Source of the DNA: Gekko japonicus
Lineage: Eukaryota
Assembly (NCBI RefSeq): GCF_001447785.1
Contig: NW_015167091.1
Span: 37,869 to 101,868, forward strand
Length of the DNA: 64,000 nucleotides
Direction of reading: 5' to 3'
In this document: positions 50,641 to 63,794 of the stretch, in pieces
How the letters are laid out: the number at the start of each line of letters is the position of its first letter
Position numbering within the stretch: the stretch's first letter is position 1
Notes under the pieces: generated by a model
The model's input: the letters and a program-made list of their open reading frames with translations, nothing else
What the model was told of the DNA's origin: nothing
Databases searched by the model: none
Translations under genes and position numbers: made by a program

Positions 50641-50946
50641 TGCCACCTGGAGGTGTCCAAGGAGATGAAGAAACTGGCAATCCCAATTTCCTGAATCTCA
50701 ATACCATACCAGTATTGGGATTTGAGGATATCAGGAAATACCAATATCTTGCGGTGTGTGTGTGTCAATATACTCAAACCCGAAAAATACCAGGGGTGTG
50801 TGTGTTCAGTGTACACCCCTAGTGATGGACATTACTGTGACAGGTAACTGCTTGGGAATCCTGGGAAAACCAGGAGCACTGTAATATTAGTAAGCAAGGA
50901 AATATAACTGAAATTTCAAAAAGCTTGAAAAGTAGTATGGTCTTAC

Positions 50947-51061
50947 CTGCCACTCCTGTTGGAAAAGCTACCAAACGTTCTAATGGGGCTAGCCATTTGC
51001 TTGGAAGCACAGTAACTGGTTCTGAATAATACTTCCAAATTAGTGAGATCATTAAAGCAGC
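50947..51061 (-). CDS. GET1: GET1/WRB exon 4
   Basis: AALMISLIWKYYSEPVTVLPSKWLAPLERLVAFPTGVA; ttctag| acceptor, G|gtaaga donor. Confidence 0.96.
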
Positions 51062-51403
51062 CTAGAATGAAAAAGATTTACATGACTAACTGCAAAACCT
51101 GAAAACTGATAAGTTGTTGTTTTAACTTAGTTGTACCATCAATATTTTAGTTTGCATGGGGTCTGCTAGGTTCTAATTGTCTGCATTATCTTTAAAGAAC
51201 ACAGTACAAAAATTTATCGCAAACAACTTCTATGATCTTAAAATCATTGATATAAGAACCCTACCCCCTTGACCCATAAGTTAAGACTTCTCACACAGCA
51301 AACACCAGTACCACATTTCTAAAGTCTTTCCTTGGCCACCTGTAGTTCATGGCTTGCAAGTAGCCACTTCAAGAGCAGGGGAGATGGCGTCCTTGCTGAT
51401 GAT

Positions 51404-54400
51404 CAGGGTGGATAAAAATCAATGTTTTTTAAAATAAAAATAAAAATTGAATTTAAAAAATTTAAATCAGATTTTAATAAGATGCTTTTTGAGGGAAAAT
51501 CTATTAAAATAGTTTTCTATGTAAGATACATTATCGCCCAAAGGTTTTTTTTATCATGAAATAATTATTTAGTATGAGACTGTATATTCACAGAATGCTT
51601 TAAAAAACGATAAGTAAATTCCATTAGTTCATTCATTAGGGCACCAATGTCATGCTCTCCCAGAGGTTCTTGTAAGATTATTTTGGATAAATTTTCTATC
51701 TAGAAGACACCATTACAGATGCTTGGTTTTGTGGTTCTCAAAACTGTGAATTTGTGCCTGCAGAAATAGCACGCATTTTCTTGATAGCAAAAATGTTTTT
51801 AAATACACATATAGAGTTGAGGAAGAGATCTCAATCCTATTGTTTCTCTGCAAATCCATGTACACAGAATCAACCCCTTACCTCTTAAGTGCTAAGTTTC
51901 CAAGAAGTTCAATGAATAGAAGATTGTTTCAGTTGGAATAGATCCGGATAAGGAGAAGCTGTTAAGAGCTAAGTGTGAGGAGGGAGGGGCAAACAGTACA
52001 AATCAAAGTAAAAACTTTTGGAGCAGAATGCTCCAAAAGTCTTGAGATCTTTGTGAGTGTAGCCTGAGATTTATTGTACTATTCTCTCCCTTGAAGAAAA
52101 AACCTATAATGAAATCAGGCCATAAAAAGAGACCCAGTTTGGGAATAATTTAAAAAAGTTCCTCTACTTATGGGTAAGGCATGCATGCATGCATGCAAAA
52201 TACAAACCATGCAACAAAGAAATGCAACGCCTGGTGGCCCAAATGAAACAACATCATGAGAAATATTCCTTCACAGGAGAAAGTTGTGATGAAGACGACA
52301 AAAGGAACATGCCTGAACACACAAGATCTTCAGCTTGGCGAACTTTTTGATTTTATCATATTTCTTAAAGACAGTCTTGAGGAATTATAATTTTGACCAA
52401 AAATATATTTGTTACTGTATGGTACTTAGGCTTGCCAAGTCCCCCCGGGGGGCGGGGAAACCCCCGCCCCAGAGGCCCGTTCCCTGCCACCGGCGGATCG
52501 GGCCCTGGGGGGAGCCCCACCCCGACGTGCGCGTCACTCAGAAGTGACACGACCACGCTGGGTATGGGCCACGGTCACCCGAGGGAAAACTCTATGGTTT
52601 TACCTCGGATGGTCGTGGCCGCACCCCCAGCGTGCCCGGCGTTGTCACGTCACTTCCGGGTGACGTGCGTGCAGCACGCACGCTCCAGACGCCAGCCAGG
52701 AATCCCCCGCTGCGGCGCAACACCCGACTTGGCAACCCTAATGGTACTGTGCTTTTCAATACAGCTGTTATAAAGAAATAAATAGTTGAAACACGCAAAT
52801 CTTCCTTTTTCAGACAGTACTAAGTAGCAGTGAATACAATGAGTAATACTAAATAAGCAAATGGTATAAATAATGAAATAACAGCAATGACTTTTTGTTT
52901 AGGGGAATCCATAATCAACACACATGATTCTAGAAACTATCCACCTTCAAGATCACTATCCGCCTGTTCTATAGCTCCAGAGTTATCTGTCTAGGATCTG
53001 TCCCGTTTCAGTCACATCATATGCATCACATATCCATAGTATATCATCATCTAAAAGGAAAAAAAAAATCCACTATCCAGGAACCACCTAGATAAGTTTG
53101 TGATAAGAACTGGCAGAATAGAAAAAGAGGTTACTGATGAAAAAATTGCCCAACTTGTTTATGTGAAAAACTCTTATTTCTGTCTGAGTGAAAACCCACA
53201 CTTCACTAATATGATTCAGTAATTAAGACCACAATACTTTCAAACCAGAAGAGCAGATGTTGCAGGGAAACTGCTGGATAAAGTGAATGAAAGGAACTAA
53301 GTGTATAACAAGCCTCGAGAGTCTTGAGGAGTGGAGCAATGTCTCTAACGATCCTGTTGTATGTTCTGAAAAGTGTTCCTTGCAGAAATAATTGATCTCA
53401 GGAAATGCACACACAAAAGAACACTTACAAGAAATAACAGCAAGTTATAATAAAATATGAACAAAAATTCAACTGTCTAGTACGCAGCTTGGTCACAAAG
53501 ACAATGCTACAAATGTATTCAAGATGAGATGAAACTTAGAAGAGAATGAAGAGAATACCAAGCTAATAACAGATGGTTGCAGTGCTCATTTTATGTACCT
53601 CCTAGCCAAAGACTTCAGTATTCCAAAAATAAAGGCTAATGTTGTTGAATTACTAAATACTTCCATAACAATAATTTTGCAACAGTTACTCTGAAAAGAA
53701 TGGGTGGAACCAAGATAACTTTCTCTCAAAGTATTAGAAGGACCTCTGTAGCAGACTGTTCTGAGCTGTATGTCAAGAACTGGTCTATTCTGAAGACAGT
53801 TTGTGAACAAAATCAAGAGAAAACAGATGGCACTGTCACAGCCAAAATCCTCACTATCGGGCTAAAGAGAAATGTTGAACACATAATGAGCATCCCGAAA
53901 CCAATTTTTGAAGCTTTAAATACAGAAAAACAACTGTTATTGGTGTGCTGCTGAAATATGGAAGAACTGAGCAAGCACTTAAAAACAGAACAATGCAATG
54001 AGAGAGTTACTGTAAATTACAAGCATAAAGCCACCTTGAGCCAGATGTCTGGAAAGGCGGGATATAAATATAACAAATAAATAAGAACCAATAGGACAAG
54101 CACTATCTGCAGCTCATTTTTTGCAAATATTGTCAATATACAGTACCATGGCCAAACTTTGAGTATTGAAGAAGAGAAGTTAGCTATGACATGGGTATCC
54201 AGCAATCACCCATCCATAATACCAACTATAATAAACTTCAGAGCTAAAGGGAACCATTCAAGAAATATATGATGTTTTAAAGAAAGTCACACCAGGGAAC
54301 TGGTGGAAGTCACGTGAGTACTTGGATTTAGAGATGGTTGAAGTAATGATTTCACTTTTATCAACAGTAGCTTCTTCTGCTGGTGTAGAAAGAATATTCT

Positions 54401-54738
54401 CTTCCTTTGGAGTCATTCATTCTAAATTGAGAAATCATTTGGGACTTAATAAAGCAGGAAAGTTTGTTTTTCTTTTACAGATTATGAACAAGAAGATGAA
54501 GATAGATAATTAAGAAAACACTGTGTGGTGAACTATTTCAAATGGTAACTAACCACCCAATCATTAATTTTCTGCTACAACTGTAAAACTAACCTGAAAA
54601 GTTATTCCAAAAATGAAACCTTCATCTGGGTTGTACATATTAAGGTTATAACTACCAGCAAGAATTACCCTTTATATAGTCTTACAGACTAGTTTAAATT
54701 GTAATTTAAATCAATTTATTTAAAACAAATCCACCCTG
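51404..54738 (+). mobile_element. hAT DNA transposon with decayed transposase
   Basis: TIRs cagggtggat / atccaccctg; degenerate 8-bp TSD; transposase remnants EWSNVSNDPV, CSAHFMYLLAKDF and the dimerisation motif WWKS...ASSAGVERIFSSFG.IHSKLRN.L. Confidence 0.88.
52427..52740. mobile_element. Young hAT MITE nested in the transposon
   Basis: TIRs taggcttgccaagt / acttggcaacccta; perfect TSD atggtact; CpG-rich. Confidence 0.92.
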
Positions 54739-54915
54739 GTGCTGACCTCCCCAAAATGTATGGCATGGGTTACATCTGCATCTGATTGGTTGCCAGGCCA
54801 AGAGGCAGAACTAGAGTAGCATTGTTTTCACTGTAGATAACTGGGCTGTCCCACTTCAGACTGTATGCTGAACCTCAAGTTACCAAATGCTACTCCATAC
54901 AAAAATACATGACAT

Positions 54916-56250
54916 GACTTCCGGGCTTTGGCGCTTTAAAGATGGCCAAGTCTTCTCACAGCTCTGAGAGACGTGTGCCATGAATCAGAGGATAAGAGGG
55001 GGCGCAATTTCTTGTGCTCCCCATGGAGCCCTTGCAAAATGGGCTCTTAGCCAGGGGGCTTCTGGAGAGCCCTTCCTTCGGCCGACAGCCGATACAGGGG
55101 GGCTACTCTCTGCCCCGAAGGTCCTGCCCTGATTCCCAGTATTGGACTCAAAGCGCACGCTGGAACAAGCATATGGAGGTTTGGCAATTTAACGCTGCCC
55201 AGCGAGATCCCAGGGAGACCTGCTGGATCGTCCCAAAGACTGATGAGTGAGTTAAAGTTGAAGCGAGACATCAAAGCCCTGATGCGAAGCCCCCCAATAC
55301 AAGTGGGAGGGGGAGGGGACGCCCTACTCACTAAACGATCTAATGAAACGGGGGAGACTGAGCATGCAGTGGCATGGATTATAACAGAAAGACTAGAGCC
55401 GAGAACTTTTTCAAAAATAAGCGTTTATAGACCTTTGAGACTTTTGGCAACTTTGTTCGGTAACTGTAAATGTAAACATCCCCCCAAGATGGCGATCGGA
55501 GACTTTGAGGAAGGCGGGACCCAAGCTTCCTTCAGGAAGGAAGAGATCAGAGCCCTCTGCTGGCTAAAGCGGTGTACTGGATGGAACCAGCTCTAAAGGT
55601 GGCTGTATTTTTAAAGGGACAGTATCTATACCAAGAAGGAACGAATCTTTGATCACAGAGGAAATTAAGACTGTATGGAGACTCAAAAGTTAGTTTATCT
55701 TGGATGGTTGCAGGCAGACTAAAAAGCAATTTCGGAGCAAAGAGTTTGGCCACCCTTACTTCATAAAATCTGCCTACAAAGTGAACGGTCGGATTCTCCA
55801 ACTAGCGTGTGCTGGAAGCAACAAAAGGAAGGACCTCTATGATCTAAGATAAGCAAGAAAGCGAATGAAAATCCTGAAGAAAGCGGTATTAATTGGACAG
55901 AGCCTGTTATATTGAAACTGATAGCGAAAGAAGATTTAACAGAGAAGGAAGAGGATAAATCTGTGTGACTGTATAGACTGAGGGAACCTTGGCTCCACAA
56001 CATTATATCTTTGGGGGGGGGGGGAGCGTATAGGGAGATGCCGAATTCTGTCAAGGTCTATATCCTTGTTAATTAGCTATGGAATTTCTATCTGTCTAGC
56101 CTGATAAGCGAATTACGACAACTGAAGCGATGACTGATGATACTCCTCATGTCTGAAAATAATTGTTAAGAGTAATAAGTCTTTTCTTAAGCAATTTGTA
56201 ACTAAGCAGAGCCAGAGAATGCTGCATTTCTAAAAAACTACAAAATTACT
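54916..56250 (+). mobile_element. Unclassified insert, possibly an L1-type 5' UTR
   Basis: Begins gacttccgg...aagatggc (ETS and YY1 motifs), second aagatggcg at about 55486, CpG-richer than its flanks; no recognisable ORF. Confidence 0.35.
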
Positions 56251-56522
56251 ACATGAAGGGGGGGGGGGAGACTACATACTAAAATGAGGGGACAAGTAAG
56301 TTTTAAAAATCAGATCCAATCTATATTTTCCATTTTTAAACCTACCAGCCTTTACTATGGTGGTTTTCTGAGTATCCCTATTAATATAAAATTTAAATAT
56401 AAATACAAATAGAATTATCTATTATTGTACATCAATTTACTTCTAATTTATACTATGAATACTACCATAATATATAGTATTTTTAAATAACATACACTTC
56501 AGGAGAACCTAGTTTTACTTAC

Positions 56523-56590
56523 TTGCAAAATGTAGAAGACGATATTTATTACCCATTTAATTTTGGCAAGTTGAGCTGTTCGTGTTTTCA
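56523..56590 (-). CDS. GET1: GET1/WRB exon 3
   Basis: (V)KTRTAQLAKIKWVINIVFYILQ; taacag| acceptor, CAA|gtaagt donor; 68 nt. Confidence 0.96.
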
Positions 56591-56957
56591 CTGTTAAAAG
56601 AAACACATGTTCTTTATATAATTTCTACAAATAGGAGATTTACTTTTATTTCTAATTGACAAAAATACAATTTCGCTTTCTAAGAAAAGGATTCTGTTTA
56701 AAGTTCAAGTCTTCCAAAGTCACTGGCATTTTATAAAAAAAATATGGTTTGGGTATTTACACATGTATATATGTTTTTTCGAGTAATTTGTTTCACATAG
56801 CAATCCAAAAGCAAATTAATTACAAATAAATCTCATTGACTGTAATCCAAAATATTACAACATGGAAATAAATTCAACTGATAGAATGGAAATATTTCAC
56901 CAGGCATACGGCTGAGGCAGTGAAGTTACCATCTAAATTGGCCTCACCCAGTCTCCC

Positions 56958-57292
56958 TGGGGCCACGGTGGCTCAACGGTTAAGACGCTGAAGATGCAGA
57001 CCAGAAGGTCTGTAGCTCAGCAGTTTGAGACCCTAGTGCCACATGATGGAGTGAGTTCCCGTCTCTGGCCCCAGCTCCTGCCAACCTAGCAGTTCAAAAG
57101 CAAGAAATTGCAAGTAGATAAATAGGTACTGCTTTGCTGGGAAGGTAACAGCGTTCTGTGTGCCTTGGTGTTTAGTCATGCTGGCACATGACCACGGAGA
57201 AGTCTTTGGCTCTTTGGCTGGGAAATAGAGATGAGCACCACCCAAAAGAGTTGGATTCGACTAGCTGTCAAGCAAGGGAAACCTTTACCTTT
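56958..57292 (+). mobile_element. Sauria-type SINE, full length
   Basis: tRNA-like head and (acctt)n tail; matches 1117-1450. Confidence 0.88.
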
Positions 57293-57953
57293 AGGTCCCC
57301 TCCCTGCCATCCATTCTGTCACTGTACCAATCTCCACTGACACACAGGCTGCACAACCTGACTTGGATAATTTCTGTTATTCGTGCCTAAGTCACCATCT
57401 GTTTTTAATTTTGACTTGTTAACATGTTAATTCATTTTTAACAAACAATTTATGATATTGTTTTAAACTTCTTGTTACCCGCCCTGAGCCTTGCTGTGCA
57501 GGGGAAGGCAAGCTAAAAGTCTAATAAAGAAATTAAAATAAACAAGTAAAATCTCACATTGTTATTGGGTCCACATGATTATTGGATTTCCACTGTTCTA
57601 CCAGTATATCCCTCAGCTTTTGAAAGAATTCTATGGTATTCTCTAATAAAAGCCTATGAGCCAAAGGAAAAAATGAAAACTAGCCTGCTGGATAAGTCTG
57701 TGTGTCTGTTTTTCTGACAAGTTAATATATAGAAACATGTATTGTATTGATTATACAATCCTACACTGTCCACAGAGTGACATTACCAGCTTGTGATAGG
57801 CCTGAGGTATTTTGAAGGAATCATATTTTGTATTGTGAGCATCATAACAAAGGCAGTGTTAGAAAAAATTAATATAAAGGAAGTGAAAACGTCTACCAAT
57901 AGGGCTGACAGACAATGAACAAAAATGTGAACATGAAATGAGCAGATATCTAC

Positions 57954-58119
57954 CGTGAGTTTTAAGCTTGTCAGTCATTTTGTTAATCTTCCTTTCTAAT
58001 CTGGCATATCTGGCAAATTCATCCATCATACTAATAGTAGCAAGTTCTTGCTTCATGTTCTGAATGTCAGACCTCATCTGTGATTCCTGCTCAACATCCT
58101 TCTGTAGCAACTTTGATAT
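57954..58119 (-). CDS. GET1: GET1/WRB exon 2 (cytosolic coiled coil)
   Basis: ISKLLQKDVEQESQMRSDIQNMKQEL...DEFARYARLERKINKMTDKLKTH; 166 nt. Confidence 0.97.
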
Positions 58120-59010
58120 CTAACAAAGAAAGAAAGATGCCTGAAACAGTTGTGTATATTTTTGCTCATTTAAAATGAAGTACATATACTTGATTTAAAA
58201 ATAAGAAATTACTGGAACTTAATTTTATACAAAGTAGCAATCATATAAATGCACATATCATAAAACATGCTTTCAAGAAAGGTTTTAACACATGAAGCAG
58301 TTCAGTATTAGCCAGCAGGACCAACTTCTCACTAGCCCCTTCCCCGTGTATCTTGGTGGGGCAAGAATGGCCAGACATGTCTCTTGCCCCTATACACATC
58401 ATCAATGAAAAACTGAGTTCTATTCTCAAGCTTGATGCCAAGGATCTATAAAACCACCTACTTTCTCAAGATTTCTTTAGCTTTAGATATGATCAACTGA
58501 AGATCCCAACTCACAGACTTAAAATACATGAACAGGCTCCTGTTTGCTAAGTACAATCTTGCTGTTCCTGGAGCTCTTGAAACTATAGGTGAAGAATTCA
58601 CAATCTAGCAACCTAAGAACATGGTTGTGTGTATAATACACATAAAGCCAAGTTTTCCCACCACCATTTCACCCTCTCTTCTATGAAAAGCCTGCTAGCA
58701 CAATCAGTTTTTGTTTTCTACTTGGATTTAATCAGAGCCTCTCAGGTAGCAAAAGAGGCTGGAGAGCCTACCTTCCAAACAACTGTGAACAGAGGCAGAG
58801 CAGCACCTGGGCTCCTCTTTCCTTGGATATCAGAACCTCTTGGCCTGAGAGAAGCTAGAACATTTCCCACAGCAACCAAGAGTAACAATTGGGAATAGCA
58901 AGATACAGTTGATGTTGAATTTGTAAAGCTACTGTAAGCCATTTTGAGATGAAAAGACTTCACTTACATAGTTGAATTTGCTTGTCTTATTATAAAGCAT
59001 TTTGGTTTAT

Positions 59011-61910
59011 TAAGAACATAAGAAGAGCCCTGCTGGATCAGACCAATGGTCCATCTAGTCCAGCATTCTGTCTCACAGTGGCCAACCAGTTCCCCTGGAC
59101 AGCCAACAGCAGAGCACAGAGGCTGAGGCCTTCCCCTGATGTTGCCTCCTGGCTCTCAGATTCAGAGGTTTAGTGCCTCTGAATATGGAGGTTCCCCTCA
59201 TTCACCATGGCTAGTAGCCATCGATAGGCTTATCCTCCACGAATCTATTTAATTCCCTTTTAAAGCTGTTTATTCCTGTGGCCATCACTACATCCTCTGG
59301 CAGCAAATTCCACATTTTAATCAGTCTCTGTGTAAAGTAGTATTTCCTTTTGTCCGACTGGCATCTACTGCCAGTCATTGGATGCTCTCGAGGTATAGTA
59401 TTTTGGGAGAGGAAGAATTTTTGTTTTTTGTCAACTCTCTCCACCCCATGCATAACTTTATAAACCTCTATCATGTCCCCCTTTAGTCATCACTTTTCTA
59501 AACTGAAAAAGTCCCAGATTCTTCAGCCATGCCTCACAGGGAAGGTGCTCCAACTCCCTAATCATCTTGGTTGCCCTCCTCTGAACTTTTTCCAGCTCTG
59601 CAATGTCCTTTTTGAAATCCGGTGACCAGAACTATACACAGTATTCCAAATGAGGCCGCACCATAGTCCTATACAGGGACATTACAATATCACCCAATTT
59701 ATTCTCAATCCCTTTCCTAATTATCCCTAACATAGAGTTTGCCTTTTTCACTACTGTAGCACACTGGATTGACACTTTCACTGAGCTATCCACTACAACC
59801 CCAAGAGCCCCCCACCCCACCCCCAGTCTCAGCAAGTTCAGACCCCGTTAGCCTATACTTGAAGTTGGGATGTTTTGTCCCAGTGTGCATCACCTTACAT
59901 TTACTAACACTGAACTTCATTTGCCACATTGTCGCCCACTCCCCCAGTTGGTGGAAGTCCTCCTGGAGCTCTTCACAGTCAGCCTTGGTTTTCACCATCC
60001 TGAATCATTTGGTGTCATCTGCAATCTTGGCCACTACGCTACTCGTCCCTAGTTCCAGATCAGTGATGAATAAATGAAATAGTGCCAACTCCAGTACCGT
60101 TCCTTGTGTGTCCCCACTGCATACTTCCCTCCATTGTGAGAACTGTCCATTGATTCCTGCTCTTTGCTTCCTGTCATTTAACCGGTTTTTAATACATAAG
60201 AGAACCTGTCCTCTTAGCCCATGACTGCTAAGTTTATTCAGGAGACTTTGGTGAGGTATCTTGTCAAAAGCCTTTTGAAAGTCTGGGTATATAATGTCTA
60301 CTGGGTCACTGTAGTCTACATGCTTATGCATTTTCTCAAAGAACTCCAAAAGTCCGTCAGGCAGGACTTCCCTTTCCAGATGCCATGCTGATTTCCCCTC
60401 AGCAGGCTTTATCCCTCTATGTGCCTAACAATTCTCTTTGATTACAGTTTGTCTGGGATAGACAATAGGCTGACTGGCCTGTAATTTCCTTGTTTCCCTC
60501 TGGATCCCTTTTTAAAAACTGGTGTCACATTTGTTACTGTACAGTCTTCTGGTGGCACAGTGGCTGAATTTAATGATAGGTTATATATACAGGTTAGTAG
60601 ATCAACGATCTCATATCTGAGTTCCTTAAGAATTCTCGGGTGTATGGCATAAGGACCTGAACTTTTCCGTTTTTAATTTCCCCTGTAAGTCTAGAATTTC
60701 ATCTCTGGTCACCTCAATTTGGCTTCGTTCTTCAGACTCCCTTCCTGAAAATAGGATCTGTGGCATGGGTACAGTTGTTTAGAGACAGACAGGAAAATAA
60801 TGGCAAATAATGGCAGGCCCATCAGAATTTTTTTTTTTTTCCCCACAAGCCACAAAATCCAGGCTACAGGCCTGTTTCCACACTGAACACAGAAGTAAAA
60901 AGTCATTGAACTTCTTGGTCTTTAACAACCTGCTCCTCCAAATCTCTTATTGCATGCCTAGTTATTTCTTTTTCCAGAGTCTGTGGTCTTTTCTGTTCAA
61001 TTCATTGGGGCAGACCTTCTACTTTCTAAAAGATGCCTCTTTACCTTTTTACAGCTTCCTTGACTTGCTTTATAAACCACACAGGCCTTCTTTTAGACTT
61101 GGCAGTGCCTTTCCTTAACCTATGAACGGCATTCTATTTGGGCTTCAATTAGTGTGGTTTTGAATAGCTTCCAAGCATCCTCTAAGGATTTTACTTTCTT
61201 GTGTTTCCCCTTCAGCTTCCCTTTTACTATTCCCCTTATTTTTGTAATGAAATGTTACCGTTTTGGACTTTAGTGCTAACTTCCATTGACCTAAATGCTG
61301 AATTTAATAGCATTATGGTCACTGTTCCCTACCTCTACATCTCTCACCAGGTCTTCAGAACCAGGTCCAAGATCACTACCCCTCTGGTTGGCTCCATGAC
61401 CAATTGCTCTAGTACACAATCATTTATGATGTCTAGGAATCTCATTTCTACAGCATGATTCGAGCACACTTTACCCAGTCAGTGCGAGGGTAGCTGAAGT
61501 CTCCCAGTATAATAACATCTGCTTTAGTCACCTCCCTTATTTCCTTCTCTATCTCAAGATCAGCCTCTAGGGTTTGATCAGGTAGGCAATACTACACCCC
61601 CAGTTTTAAGTAACCCTTAGGGTCCAGTATTTTCACCCATATTGCTCCTTTCAGTGAGTTAATTCCCCTGATGTTTTCTAACTTATTTGATCCTATGCAT
61701 TCTTTGATGCACAAGGCAACACCAAGACCAACAACCCTTCCCTCCCTGTCCTGCTTATAGAGCTTATTGCCTGGAATGACAGTATGCAATAGATTTTCCC
61801 TGTTCCACCATGTTGCTGAGATACCTACTATATCTAAACTGTCATTAAACACCAAGCACTCCAGCTCCCCCATCTTGGCTCAGAGACTTCTAGCATTGGA
61901 ACAGAGACAC
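59011..61910 (-). mobile_element. CR1 LINE spanning most of ORF2 (decayed)
   Basis: CSNARSL, DIVGISATWW, DFQKAFDKIPH, QGTVL..LF..FI.DL, ADDTK, VRPHLEYCV motifs; the minus-strand tail reads taagaacataagaa on the + strand at 59011. Confidence 0.92.
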
Positions 61911-62272
61911 GGATAATGTGTTTCCCTCTCCAGTAACCCTCGCCTCCCTGGGCCCCTTATCAACAGTCCACACCGCATGCGTTCAATAATTGAAAGGGCC
62001 ACTTTGAGAACTAAAATCCCAGTACAAAAATCATTGTAAATCCGTACAGAAATGAAACTCTCCACGGAACACCACAGGGAGGGACATTAACTCTCTCAAC
62101 CTACGATAAAATGAGAGCGTCATAAGGGGGCCACCGCAGCCTTAGCTACTGCTCCACCCACGCCGACAGAGGCCGCTGGTGTGGAAGGAATCCTCTGCTC
62201 TCCTGAAACACAAAACAAACCGAAATGGACAATCACTGTTATAGAAAAACCGGCGGAGGTGGCACCACTTAC

Positions 62273-62398
62273 TACAGAGGAACAGGAAGGCAAAAGGATT
62301 TTGAGTAGGTTGCACAGGAACACCGAGCTCAGCACAAGCAGCCAAGCGGCGGCGGCGGCATCCGTTGCGGTTTCCGCCTCCACTCGCTGCTCGCTCAT
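62273..62398 (-). CDS. GET1: GET1/WRB exon 1
   Basis: MSEQRVEAETATDAAAAAWLLVLSSVFLCNLLKILLPSCSSV; GTA|gtaagt donor. Total CDS 549 nt (182 aa). Confidence 0.93.
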
Positions 62399-62399
62399 T

Positions 62400-63277
62400 T
62401 CCCAGGTCGAAGAAATAAAAGCAGGGAGAACGAGACAGCCGCCAGCTCACCCACAGTAACCAGAGCCGGGCTTCTGACTGAACAATAGACCAACTTGGGC
62501 GCACTCCGCGCAAGCGCACATGCTGGCAACCACGACTACCCCTTTGTTCCCATAGCAGTACTCCTGATATTATGACCGCATGCGCGCACGCCACAGTGTC
62601 TACCGTGCGAAGTGTGAGTCCAGTGGTACCTTTAAGACCAACAAAGTTTGCTATTGGGTATAAGCGTTTGTGTGCTCATCAGAAGTGTGCACTTTGTTCT
62701 ATTGCAGACCAAAGTCATTTTTGTGTTCTGCGAGGGGAGGGGGAAAGTGTGCGCAGGAAAAGAGGGAGGAAGGGGAAAGAAAGTGAGTATGCCTTTAGCT
62801 CCGCCCAGGCAAGTATGGAAGACCTCCTCAATAGGGGAAGGGCATGGTGGAGGCTGGTGTATTCTTTATGGATAAATGGGACGAGCTGTTGTGATTTAAA
62901 AGAAGTTCCGCGAAAGCTTCCTGTCCAATAGCAACACGCGCATGTCATAGGCGGGGGAGGGGGGGGAGTAAAACGGCTGCCGCACGGAATGCGCGCGCGC
63001 GCCCCCTCCTCTCAATCCGGCTGGATCCTGTTGTGGTGCCGCTGGCGCTGCTGGGATGGTTGCGGGAAGGAGGAGGTGAGGGGGGTGGCAAGCGGGCGGG
63101 CTCTAGTCTGTGCGCAGTAGTGAGAATCGAGCATCTAGTAGGCGACAGACGCGAGAAGTACCACTCACTGCTGCTCGTGCTGCGAGAACAAGCGCTCCAG
63201 TTCCGCTGCGTGCCGCTAAGGGGGGAAAAACAAGGAAAGCTTGACGGTCGCCGTCCGGCATTGCCACTTGCTCCGCC
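62400..63277. promoter_or_regulatory. CpG island / divergent GET1-HMGN1 promoter
   Basis: High CpG content; NRF1-like gcgcaagcgca (62508) and cgcatgcgc (62577), GC boxes, CCAAT; the two ATGs are 880 bp apart head to head. Confidence 0.8.
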
Positions 63278-63292
63278 ATGCCGAAAAGAAAG
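63278..63292 (+). CDS. HMGN1: HMGN1 coding exon 1 (MPKRK)
   Basis: Kozak ccgccATG, MPKRK, AAG|gttggc donor; HMGN signature first exon in the syntenic position. Confidence 0.88.
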
Positions 63293-63794
63293 GTTGGCGA
63301 CGGGCGCACGCGTACCTTTAACGCGCGACTATGGCGCGCTTCTCCCTTAAAAATCACCTTCCTCCCACCCACTTTATTTTGATGTTGTTTTTATAGACGA
63401 TATTTCTACCCCCACCCCCGCGCACACACACTCTGTGTCCCACAGTTTGGCGCTAATATAATAAATTGGGGAGAGGAGGAGGGAAGGAGTGACGGTTGGA
63501 AATGGCCGCGACATCGCTGTCCCTCAGAATTCTGTCCTGCCAGTCTCGTGCTTCCCTCACGAGAGGCTCTGCGAAGGCCCAGCTCTGAGCCGCGCGCAGG
63601 GTTCTAAAGGCTGGAACTTTCTGTTGACGTCGCTTAAGACGGTGGGGACAGTTTCAGGTTCGAAATCTGAACATAGCGGCGGGAAGGGGGGGGGGCGTGA
63701 GCGCGATGACGCCACGGCTCTCTATGAAGCCTCCTGTCGGGTAGTGCGCATGCGGAGTTGGTGCTTTCTTAACTGAGTATGTGTTCCGTTTCAG

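Noticed and set aside
53586-54513. Domesticated ZBED-like transposase gene
   Set aside because: Multiple stops and frameshifts with TIRs retained; consistent with neutral decay.
62572-63776. Several 75-119 aa ORFs in the CpG island
   Set aside because: Expected by chance in GC-rich promoter and intron DNA; the real coding content is the two HMGN1 microexons.
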